DNA of 64,000 bases from Pseudomonadota bacterium (GTDB lineage Bacteria > Bdellovibrionota_G > JALEGL01 > DATDPG01). A model generated the notes under the pieces. The model had not been told where the DNA came from and did no database searches. It saw nothing but the letters and a program-made list of their open reading frames with translations. Shown piece by piece: positions 10,064-18,389 of the stretch. The position numbers were made by a program, and so were the translations under genes. Within the stretch, counting starts at the first letter, position 1. Each line of letters begins with the position of its first letter. Location: assembly GCA_043809315.1 (NCBI GenBank), contig JAZDDX010000010.1, positions 1-64,000 on the forward strand, in the 5' to 3' direction.

Positions 10064-10652
10064 GGAGATCTTCGGACGCCGCGCCCCGATCGAGATCGAG
10101 ATCGGGGTGGGGAAGGGGAGGTTCCTTCGGGAGCGGGCGACCGCCCTTCCGGAACGGGATTTCTTCGGGATCGAGAAATCGAAGAAATACCTCCTTCATG
10201 CGGCCGATCGGATCCGGAAAGCGGAGCTGGCGAACGTCCGTCTTGCCGTCACTTATGCAGAAGGGTTTATCGAGCGGTTCATCCCGGATCAGAGTGTTGC
10301 GGCCTACCACATCCTTTTCCCCGATCCCTGGCCGAAACATCGACACACGAAGCGACGTCTTTTTACTCCTCTGTTCTTGGATCAGATTCTCCGGACACTC
10401 GAGCCGGAGGGAGAGCTTCACATAGCGACTGATTATTTGGAGTATTTCAAACATATAAACGAACAGTTATATGCTTATTTCTCCAAAGGACTTGAGACAA
10501 ATCCGGTCGAGCCGGGACCGTTCCTCTCGAACTTTCAGGCGAAGTATCTAAAGGAAGGGAGACCGCTCTTTTTCTTAAAAGGGATTAAGAGAGCAGGTGG
10601 GTCAGCCCTTCAAACCCGAGAAAGAACGCCGCCCCCAGCAATAGCGTCGTAA
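10020..10652 (+). CDS. trmB: tRNA (guanine-N7)-methyltransferase
   Basis: EIGVGKG, FPDPWPKHRHTKRR and ATD motifs; start reassigned to ATG 10020. Confidence 0.9.
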   Translation: MILDVTTLPHPLRFEEIFGRRAPIEIEIGVGKGRFLRERATALPERDFFGIEKSKKYLLHAADRIRKAELANVRLAVTYAEGFIERFIPDQSVAAYHILFPDPWPKHRHTKRRLFTPLFLDQILRTLEPEGELHIATDYLEYFKHINEQLYAYFSKGLETNPVEPGPFLSNFQAKYLKEGRPLFFLKGIKRAGGSALQTRERTPPPAIAS

Positions 10653-11178
10653 AGAACGTTACCAGATACCCGAGCGCCACGAAGAGGCCGTCCTCCTCGA
10701 GAATCCCTATCGCGATCAGGACGATCGCCAAGGCGGGAAGGAAGTTCGGAAGCGGGAAGGCAAGTACGAAACCGGTGTACGCAATCATCCCGCCGTTGAA
10801 CGGGGCGACCCAGCGCGACCGACTCATGAACTTCCCTCGCGGTTTCACGAACTTTTCCATCCAGGCGACGACACGGCTGACACGTTCCAACGCCCCGGCA
10901 AAGCGGGGCCCGTCACAACGTTTCCTGAGAAACCTCTTCGGGAGCCAGAGAGGGCGTCCCAACGCCATCATCCCGCCGAAGAGCATGACCAAAGGTCCGA
11001 TGATGCCCGAAGGGCCGGGCATCGGGATCGGGATCAAGAATGGGACGGAAAGGAAGAGGGAAAAGAGGGCCTGGCCACGCCGGTCCCCGACGTCGGACAG
11101 GAGTTCCCGGAACGTGGTCCCCTCCACTCGACAGAGGGAGGCCAGGCGCGCCATCTCCGTCGAAAGGGGACCGTTCAT
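10585..11178 (-). CDS. ExoD-family exopolysaccharide synthesis membrane protein
   Basis: PFLIPIP.PG, LWLP, NFLPALAI..GILEEDG pattern. Confidence 0.85.
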   Translation of the reverse strand: MNGPLSTEMARLASLCRVEGTTFRELLSDVGDRRGQALFSLFLSVPFLIPIPMPGPSGIIGPLVMLFGGMMALGRPLWLPKRFLRKRCDGPRFAGALERVSRVVAWMEKFVKPRGKFMSRSRWVAPFNGGMIAYTGFVLAFPLPNFLPALAIVLIAIGILEEDGLFVALGYLVTFFTTLLLGAAFFLGFEGLTHLLS

Positions 11179-11465
11179 GAACGGTTTTTTACACGGAAAT
11201 GGGGCGGGGAACCCAGATTATTTGGACAGGAGGAACTCCATCTTTGCTCCTGAAACGCACTCGGCGATCCCTTCGGTGTAATTTCATTTCGAAGGTGGTT
11301 TCGGAGAGCCGCCGAATTTTGCATGTGCGACTCGGTTTTGAAACGTGGCACCCGCGAAATCCAGGTTCAGGTCCCGGCGAAAAGACCCACGTCCATCCAC
11401 AACCCCGACCCCTCAAAGATACATAATATTCATTATCAGAAGTATTAACGACCGCTTCGTGGAGT

Positions 11466-12008
11466 TTAGTCGGCCTTATTCAGAACCAGCGGAATCGCCC
11501 TCTGCCACTTGCCTGGAGTCGATTCTACACGGTGGTCGTTCAGGGGTGGTAACCAACGAAACAACTTCTCCGCCGCTGCCTTCACTTCATCGGTCTCCAG
11601 ATCAACCTCCAGGACGAGATAATGCTTCGTCTCCTGGTTGTACCCTCCGATGTCCTGATTCCATCGCGTCTCGTGGCTCATCAGAATCCGGAAACTCAAG
11701 CTACTCGAATCCTCCCGCTTCTCGATCTCCTGCTCTCGAACCGTCTCCGAGTACTCGGGGGCCCCGGATTGCGGTTTCAGGCGTGTGAGCCTTAGATCGT
11801 ACGCCTCATCCCGGTTCACGGTGACCTTCCCAGCCAGGCACACCTTGTCGGGAAACTCGAATCCGGCCGCCCCCGAACGGACTCCAGAACCTTGATCCTC
11901 TGAACGAACCGTCCAGCATCCGCTGATCTTCGTTACGGGTTCGGCCGCCGCCAGCGACACCCAAAGCATGATCGCCACAAAAACCGTTCTGAAAGCCACC
12001 CAGAGCAT
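11466..12008 (-). CDS. Hypothetical secreted protein
   Basis: Signal-peptide-like N-terminus (..VSLAAA-EP); start uncertain. Confidence 0.6.
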   Translation of the reverse strand: MLWVAFRTVFVAIMLWVSLAAAEPVTKISGCWTVRSEDQGSGVRSGAAGFEFPDKVCLAGKVTVNRDEAYDLRLTRLKPQSGAPEYSETVREQEIEKREDSSSLSFRILMSHETRWNQDIGGYNQETKHYLVLEVDLETDEVKAAAEKLFRWLPPLNDHRVESTPGKWQRAIPLVLNKAD

Positions 12009-12023
12009 ATCTGCCAAAGATGC

Positions 12024-12039
12024 AGCATCTTGTGTGCCA
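12024..12039 (-). promoter_or_regulatory. Sigma54 -24/-12 promoter candidate
   Basis: TGGCAC-ACAAG-ATGCT on the minus strand with an AT-rich tract upstream. Confidence 0.6.
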
Positions 12040-12094
12040 GCCTAAATGGTTATTTTTACTTATATTTATGTGGGGGGTTGTGCCTTGGCGCTGC

Positions 12095-12312
12095 TCAGCG
12101 ATGTGCAACGTCGGTCCGGAGGATCTTGGAGACCGTGACCTCCTGGTACCTTTTTCCCCGCGCCGATCCTTCGACCATCGTAGCAAGCGCCGTCAGAGCT
12201 TGATCCAGCTCGTCTTCGAGCCGCCCGAACTCGGCGCGCGTTTTTCGAACGTCACCTCTCCTTGCTCGCGAACCTCTTCCACGACGCTCCGATCGAGGTT
12301 CTGAAATTGCAC
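12095..12312 (-). pseudogene. Possible frameshifted 72-aa helical protein
   Basis: Adding one base in the T5 run at 12241-12245 joins two frames into MQFQNLDRSVVEEVREQGEVTFEKTRAEFGRLEDELDQALTALATMVEG... Confidence 0.35.
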
Positions 12313-12373
12313 AGAAAGAATTTTCTTCCTCCCGGCGCCAAATGCCGTCAAAAACGGTAACTTTGGTTTTGGC

Positions 12374-13387
12374 ATGTGGACTGAACTTCTCAGCATGATT
12401 CTGACGGCTGCTGCGGCTTCGATTCCGCTTGCGATCCGCCCCCTCCCCTGGCTTTTCCCCCTTCTCTGCCTTGCGATCGGCTGGGGACTCGGAACCGTGG
12501 GCGTCGGCCTGATCGGTGCCACCTCCGCCCTTTATTTCTGGGCGTGCACTCACCCCGATCAACGCCGACTGGCGCGCCCTCTTCTTCTCCTTGCGATTCT
12601 CACCCTCGTCGTCGCGACCCTCCTCCGTCGTTCGGGAGAAGGACGCCTTCTGGGAATGACCGAGGCGGTCTGGATGGCGGCACAAAGTCACTTCCTCGGA
12701 GTCGGCTGGAGTCAGTGGACCTGGCACCAAGCCGAGGCCCAGAGGGCTGTGCTCGCGCTCTTCCCTTGGTCCGCCTGGAAAGAGATCGCTCCGTACTTCG
12801 GGGTCGCCCCTTCTCTCCCCTTCCATCTCTTCGCGGAGGCGGGATGGCCGGGGATCTTCCTTTGGGGGGCACCTGTGGCGATCCTGGCTCTTCTCCTTCG
12901 ACGGGGAGGAGTACGACCGTTCGCGCCTCTTGCAGGCTTTTTCCTGGTCTTTCTTCTTACGTCGATCGGCACGGCAGCGATTCAGACCCTGTTGACGGTG
13001 GACAGCGACTCCCTTCGGAGTTGCAACGAGGCAATCGCCAAGTTCTCGAACAACGGCAGCCGCGATCCTTCCTCTCTTTCCGTCTGTCCTGAGATCCGGC
13101 GTCTCGAGTGGATCTCGGCGGTCGAGGGAAGCGAGGAAAACCTCCTCCGATGGCACCAGACCTTCCCTTCGGACGTGATGCCGGCTTTTATTCTAGGAAA
13201 GGGAGCGGCGATCCGCGGGAACGAACCGGTTGCCCTTCACTGGTTCGCGGAGGCGGCCGCAGGGAATCCCGGAAACGACTCGAATGCGAAAACTCTCCGG
13301 GACGAGGCGCGACGGATCGTAGCGGGGGATCGCTCGAGGCTGGAACTCTGGAAATCTACATCGGCAGATCGTCTTCCGACCCCATAG
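12374..13387 (+). CDS. Hypothetical membrane protein
   Basis: Several hydrophobic segments, then a soluble helical C-terminus. Confidence 0.6.
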   Translation: MWTELLSMILTAAAASIPLAIRPLPWLFPLLCLAIGWGLGTVGVGLIGATSALYFWACTHPDQRRLARPLLLLAILTLVVATLLRRSGEGRLLGMTEAVWMAAQSHFLGVGWSQWTWHQAEAQRAVLALFPWSAWKEIAPYFGVAPSLPFHLFAEAGWPGIFLWGAPVAILALLLRRGGVRPFAPLAGFFLVFLLTSIGTAAIQTLLTVDSDSLRSCNEAIAKFSNNGSRDPSSLSVCPEIRRLEWISAVEGSEENLLRWHQTFPSDVMPAFILGKGAAIRGNEPVALHWFAEAAAGNPGNDSNAKTLRDEARRIVAGDRSRLELWKSTSADRLPTP

Positions 13388-14219
13388 TGAGGGTGTCGGA
13401 CGGCGGTTTCTTCCGCCGGAAGAGGAGCACGATCAGGACCAGGAATACGACCATGCCCCCGGCCACCATCCCCAGGACCTTCGGAGGAAACTTCTTCAGG
13501 AGTTTCGTCAGTTGGTTCTCTTCTTGAACCGGGGGTGGGGTTTCTTGCGGAAGCGGTTTGTTCTCGGGCTCCATGACCGGCCCGAAGATCGGATTGGCGG
13601 CCAGGAACCCCTTCACCGCCGGATCCGCGCTGAACTTCGCGAGAAGCTCCCGGATCCGGGGCCGATCCTCGTCCCGACAGTACTTGAGCACCGGGAGGAG
13701 GCGCGTCACTTCCTCCGCGGTCAGCTCACCGGCGTAGCGATCGAGGATCTGAGTGAGCACGGTCGCCGCCTTGGCGGGGTGTGGACGGTCGAGACAAGCG
13801 AAAAGGAAAGCTTTGTTGGTGACGCGGGCGAAGTCGGGATCGCCGGGCTGTGCGGCCTTGGAACTCCACGGGAAGGCAACCCCGGGGGTCGCATCGGAAC
13901 GCGGGATCGCCGGCCGCGGCTCGGGAAAGATGTAGAGCTGGGTCGACGCCAAGATCCATCCCCGCCGCACCTTCTGCGCGTCAGGAGTCAGGAAGAGGAC
14001 TTCCTCGTATTTCCCCTTGAAACCGACCGGCTCCAGAAGGAGAAGTTCGTCGCAGACCTCCGGCTTGGCGATCACCTTCCCTCGGTTGTCCCCAAATTGG
14101 CGGATCACCACCCCCTTCTCAAGGACCAAGGCGTCTTTCGGGACGACTTTCTTCGCTCCTTCGGAGAGTCCCGGAACCGCAAGACCGACCAGCACCGCTA
14201 TCGTCAGGTATTTTTTCAT
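13356..14219 (-). CDS. Hypothetical exported protein with C-terminal membrane anchor
   Basis: MKKYLTIAVLVGLAV signal; Pro-rich linker; TM helix followed by RRKK. Confidence 0.75.
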   Translation of the reverse strand: MKKYLTIAVLVGLAVPGLSEGAKKVVPKDALVLEKGVVIRQFGDNRGKVIAKPEVCDELLLLEPVGFKGKYEEVLFLTPDAQKVRRGWILASTQLYIFPEPRPAIPRSDATPGVAFPWSSKAAQPGDPDFARVTNKAFLFACLDRPHPAKAATVLTQILDRYAGELTAEEVTRLLPVLKYCRDEDRPRIRELLAKFSADPAVKGFLAANPIFGPVMEPENKPLPQETPPPVQEENQLTKLLKKFPPKVLGMVAGGMVVFLVLIVLLFRRKKPPSDTLTMGSEDDLPM

Positions 14220-16041
14220 CAGCTTCCTCAGATTCTATGAAGCCTATCGGGTTTTTCAATTTCGGCAACTGATTGAACGTGCGACCTCCCAAGAAGTCAT
14301 TGGAATCGCTCGGCGCGGTCAAATGTCGCTCTGAGAAGTTACAGGACCAGACTCGGACCAGATCCGCACGAGGTACAGAAACTGCCCGAATCAACTCGCA
14401 GGCCGATTTTCTCTTTTCAAAGAACTCCCGCGCCGCTCGTTCACGGTCTATCCGGTTCATCACGAATCCGTAACCGATGAAGCTACCCGCCTTAACTTCA
14501 TGTACCTGTCTCCAAACATCCCTTTCGTCCCGCAACCATTTCGGCATCTCTATGACGATCTGTGCAGAAAGCATCGTCGACGCATCGGTGAACGAACCTG
14601 AAAGGACTTCGACATCGAAGCCTCGCTCCAACGCCCATCTCTGCAGCGGCCCATCCAGAAACGGATGGGTCTTCAGCACAAAGACGCGCAACGAAACCCC
14701 GCCCTTTTCCGGAACGTGGCGAGCCAAGACTTCTTGTATCTCAATTCCTTTCCAGGAAGCCGGCAACGGGCGTCGAGGCTGATCGAAGATCGATTGCCGA
14801 CTCATCCACCATAAGTATCGATGTTCAGCGTAATTTGACCATGGAACTGATTCCTTCCAGGGCAGGAACGTTTCCTGGTCTGCAATCGGAAGTCGACCAA
14901 ACGAAAGAAACGTGAACTGAAACACTCCGTACCCGATTAAGATTCCCGCGAGGCCGCAGGCCAGCAACCTGCCGCCTCGCCGAGAAATGATCCTTACCAA
15001 ATCAGCCATCAGCAGTGCAAACGCGGGAAGAATTCCGAAAATATAACGAGAATTCTTTGCGGGATTACAACTCATGAGAAGGTATACGCAGACTACCCAT
15101 ATCGCCACCGGACGAGTTGGGCTGTGAAATACCCCCCAAACTACCGAGACAACCGCGACAACCCGGTACAACGGAGAGATGGTGTTGTTCCATGAACGCC
15201 AATAGAAGCCTATCGAGTCCCACGTGAAGAGTTGAAGATACCCCGTCACCCCAGCTCCCTTGTCGATGAGCTCACGATGAAGTTGCATTCGGCTGTCTAA
15301 GCTCCATCCATAAAACGGGAGGGCCACCGCCACCGCCGTTCCCAATACGATCAACGCGTTCCGGCCCATTTTTCGTTGGACACGAGGACCTTTCGATCGA
15401 AAGGTGACGAATGCGGCGATCAACAAAACCGGCAGAAACATGATCGGAAAAGTTTCCTTGATCGAACAGCCGACACCACATGCAATTCCCAGCCAGATGC
15501 TCCATCGCCAGCTCAAGAACCAATCCGTTTTGCACAAGAGTAGGGCGCTAAGCGCCACCATTGCTGTCCCTGGAAGGTCCAACATGAACTGCCGGGACGA
15601 ACCGTATACCAGAGGGAAAAGGCTCAACAACAGGACGCACAACCGTGCCCACCAAACCCCCAGACCAAATCGCCTCGCCAACAAATAGGTTGAAACGAAA
15701 AGAATTCCCAAAAACAGACTGTTCACGAGCAGAACCGCCAGATCCTCATGGGGTCCCCAGAGAAGATGAAACGGAACGGGTAGAAGAGCGAAGAGCCCCG
15801 GGTGCCAAGATCCCGAGTGCAGTATATGTCGGCCGAACTCTGGCAGGGTTCCAGTTAAGGCGATTCGATAGGTTTCGAGACTCTGTGTGTAGTAGTTGAG
15901 AGAATCACTGACGAGTCCGGCATCGTCTAGGACAAGCCACATCGCGTTTATAGCGATATGAATGAGGAGGATACCGACCAGAAAAAGGTCTAGCTTCGAT
16001 ACTTGTTTTCGAAGTGCCCGACCCAAACCAATGCCGTTCAC
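14119..16041 (-). CDS. ArnT/PMT-like (GT-C fold) glycosyltransferase
   Basis: Multi-TM protein with early loop SDSLNYY, HPGLF, SSRQFMLDLP, IKET and KNSRYI; visibly lower GC than flanks. Confidence 0.8.
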   Translation of the reverse strand: MNGIGLGRALRKQVSKLDLFLVGILLIHIAINAMWLVLDDAGLVSDSLNYYTQSLETYRIALTGTLPEFGRHILHSGSWHPGLFALLPVPFHLLWGPHEDLAVLLVNSLFLGILFVSTYLLARRFGLGVWWARLCVLLLSLFPLVYGSSRQFMLDLPGTAMVALSALLLCKTDWFLSWRWSIWLGIACGVGCSIKETFPIMFLPVLLIAAFVTFRSKGPRVQRKMGRNALIVLGTAVAVALPFYGWSLDSRMQLHRELIDKGAGVTGYLQLFTWDSIGFYWRSWNNTISPLYRVVAVVSVVWGVFHSPTRPVAIWVVCVYLLMSCNPAKNSRYIFGILPAFALLMADLVRIISRRGGRLLACGLAGILIGYGVFQFTFLSFGRLPIADQETFLPWKESVPWSNYAEHRYLWWMSRQSIFDQPRRPLPASWKGIEIQEVLARHVPEKGGVSLRVFVLKTHPFLDGPLQRWALERGFDVEVLSGSFTDASTMLSAQIVIEMPKWLRDERDVWRQVHEVKAGSFIGYGFVMNRIDRERAAREFFEKRKSACELIRAVSVPRADLVRVWSCNFSERHLTAPSDSNDFLGGRTFNQLPKLKNPIGFIESEEADEKIPDDSGAGRSCGSGTLRRSEESRPERRLGP

Positions 16042-16979
16042 GCAATGGCCCGTGCTCTTTCGACGAGCATCACCGGGATGTCGTCCACAATTTCATAACG
16101 AAGGCTGCACTGGACACAATCGAGTGCGGGGAGATCCCTCCGGTGTCGCAAACCCGACTTGCACCGCGGGCAAGCGAGGCTTTCGAAAGGATCATCCGGC
16201 CCGGCCGGCGACGTCGGCCCCTCCCCCGCCGGTTTTCGGGCCACGGCATAGACGATTGCGCCCCAGAAGAACGGAAAAAAGCGCGAAACGGTCGATTCGA
16301 GAAACAGGAACGTCGTCACGAGGGAACTAACTGCGGGGGAGAGACGAAAGAAGTCGTCCGTTCGTTTCTTCCTGAGCCGCTTCCAGAGTCGAAGCCCGAG
16401 AATCGAGAAGAATGTAACGGGAAGGAGATACCGTTTCTCCAACAGTTCGAAACCGTTCGCCCGGAGTTTCCCGACAAGGTCCCGGCGAGAATACCGGCGG
16501 AAATGACCCACCACCTCGTCATGAGATCCCCACAACAGTTGATGCGCCGGTGCCGTTACGATGCAGATCCCTCCGGGGCGTAAAACTCGCGACGCTTCCG
16601 AGAAGACCTTCCGGTCCTCTCGCACGTGCTCGGCAACGTCGAGCATGACGACGAAGTCCAGACTCCCCGATTTGAGAGAGATCTCGCTCGCGTCGGAGAC
16701 GAAAACCTGTGCCCCGGAAACCACCCGGGCGGTCCGGAGCGCTTCCAGATCGAGATCGGATCCGAAACAACGGATCCAGTGCGGAAGCCCACGCAGACAG
16801 TTTCCCGGACCGCACCCCAGATCCAGCAGATCGACCCGACGTTCGCAACGGGCGTGCGCCGCCGAGAACCTCCGCAGAAGCCACCGGGTCAGGGAATACC
16901 GGACTTCGAGCCAGAAATACTCCGGCCCGACCGACTCAAAACGCTCCTGGATCTCCGTCGGGTTCACGGAGACCGCCAT
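16038..16979 (-). CDS. Class I SAM methyltransferase with C-terminal Trm112/YcaR-like domain
   Basis: LLDLGCGPG, LDVAEH, RVLRPGG, HDEVVGHFRRY; C-terminus LACPRCK..LDCVQC..YEIVDDIPVML; start reassigned to ATG 16979. Confidence 0.85.
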   Translation of the reverse strand: MAVSVNPTEIQERFESVGPEYFWLEVRYSLTRWLLRRFSAAHARCERRVDLLDLGCGPGNCLRGLPHWIRCFGSDLDLEALRTARVVSGAQVFVSDASEISLKSGSLDFVVMLDVAEHVREDRKVFSEASRVLRPGGICIVTAPAHQLLWGSHDEVVGHFRRYSRRDLVGKLRANGFELLEKRYLLPVTFFSILGLRLWKRLRKKRTDDFFRLSPAVSSLVTTFLFLESTVSRFFPFFWGAIVYAVARKPAGEGPTSPAGPDDPFESLACPRCKSGLRHRRDLPALDCVQCSLRYEIVDDIPVMLVERARAIA

Positions 16980-17005
16980 GTCACGCCGCTTCGACGGACG
17001 GACGC

Positions 17006-18325
17006 TCAATCGTAATACTCGCGCCCGAGGTGCGTGATGAGGTCCTCCCCCTTCACGAACCGGAGCGTGTTCTTGAGCTTCATCAGCTGGATGAAGAGAT
17101 CGTGCTCGGGATACAGACCCTCGGCGGCCTGCGGGCTCTTGAAGTAGAACGAGAGCCACTCCTGGATCCCGCTGAACCCGCAGCGCTTCGCGAAGTCCAT
17201 AAAGAGCGCGAGGTCGAGAACGATCGGCGCGGCCAGGATTGAATCCTTGCAGAGGAAGTCGATCTTGATCTGCATCTTGTAGTCCAGCCAGCCGAAGATA
17301 TCGATGTTGTCCCAGCTCTCCTTGTTGTCCCCCCGCGGCGGGTAATAATTGATCCGGACCTTGTGATAGAGGTCCTTGTAGAGCTGCGGATAGAGATGCG
17401 GCTGGAAGATCGAGTGAAGAACCGACAGCTTCGATTCCTCCTTCGTCTTGAAGTTTTCCGGGGCGTCCAGAACCTCGCCGTCCCGGTTTCCCAGAATGTT
17501 CGTCGAGAACCAGCCGCTGACCCCCAGGAGACGGGCTTTGAGTCCCGGCGCGATGATCGTTTTCATCAGCGTCTGACCCGTCTTGAAATCTTTCCCCATG
17601 ATCGGGACCTTGTGCTCTTTCGCCAGTTGCCGGATCGCGGGGATGTCGACGGTCAGGTTCGGCGCTCCGTTCGCGAACGGAACCCCCGACATGATCGCCG
17701 CGTAGGCGTAGACCATGCTCGGCGCGATCGTCGGGTCGTTCGCGAGAAGTGCCTTCTCGAACGCCTCGATCGATTGGTGGGCCGGTCCCGGCTCCATGTA
17801 AGCTTCCGTGGAGGCACACCAGACCATCACCATCCGGCTGAGTTTTTTCTCCTCCTTGAATCGGGCGATGTCGTCCATCAACTGCTTCGCCAGTTCCATC
17901 TTGTTCTTACCGGTCTTGACGTGCGTCCCGTGAAGTCGGGAGACATACGCCGGATCGAAGACCGCCTTCCACGGCTTGATCCCTTCGATGTCCTCCCGAA
18001 CCTGCTCGACCAACTGCTTGAAGATGACGTTCGAGCGGATCGCCGCCTCATAAACGTTGTCCTCGAAGATGTCCCATCCGCCGAACTCCAGATCTTTCAA
18101 GTTCGCCAGAGGGACGAACTCCTTGATGAGCGGGCTCCGGTTGTCGGTCCGTTTTCCCAGACGGATCGTCCCCATCTGGGTCAAGGAACCGATCGGACTT
18201 CCCAAGCCCCGCTGAATAGCTCGCACCCCGACGATGAACGTCGTCGCCACCGCACCTAATCCAGGGATCAGAATCCCGAGTTTGCCGTCTGCCGGCTGAA
18301 TCTGAACTTTGTTCGTGTCTGACAT
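17006..18325 (-). CDS. ino1: myo-inositol-1-phosphate synthase
   Basis: GLGAVATT, ANGAPN, GKDFKTGQT, WFSTNILGNRDG, CKDSILAAP. Confidence 0.95.
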   Translation of the reverse strand: MSDTNKVQIQPADGKLGILIPGLGAVATTFIVGVRAIQRGLGSPIGSLTQMGTIRLGKRTDNRSPLIKEFVPLANLKDLEFGGWDIFEDNVYEAAIRSNVIFKQLVEQVREDIEGIKPWKAVFDPAYVSRLHGTHVKTGKNKMELAKQLMDDIARFKEEKKLSRMVMVWCASTEAYMEPGPAHQSIEAFEKALLANDPTIAPSMVYAYAAIMSGVPFANGAPNLTVDIPAIRQLAKEHKVPIMGKDFKTGQTLMKTIIAPGLKARLLGVSGWFSTNILGNRDGEVLDAPENFKTKEESKLSVLHSIFQPHLYPQLYKDLYHKVRINYYPPRGDNKESWDNIDIFGWLDYKMQIKIDFLCKDSILAAPIVLDLALFMDFAKRCGFSGIQEWLSFYFKSPQAAEGLYPEHDLFIQLMKLKNTLRFVKGEDLITHLGREYYD

Positions 18326-18389
18326 CTTTTAAAAACCTCCGAACGGAAGGCTCTATATCTCCCGGAAAGAAAAGTCTAGCAGACGGCGT

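Noticed and set aside
11180-11465. Roughly 280-nt intergenic region upstream of the ExoD gene as a riboswitch or ncRNA
   Set aside because: No recognisable riboswitch motif or convincing ORF by eye; needs an Rfam/Infernal scan
16980-17819. Long N-terminal extension of the methyltransferase in the ORF track
   Set aside because: Out-of-frame overlap with ino1; the real start is near 16979. The same applies to the extensions on cca, lipA, glpD, ltaE and the MshEN gene
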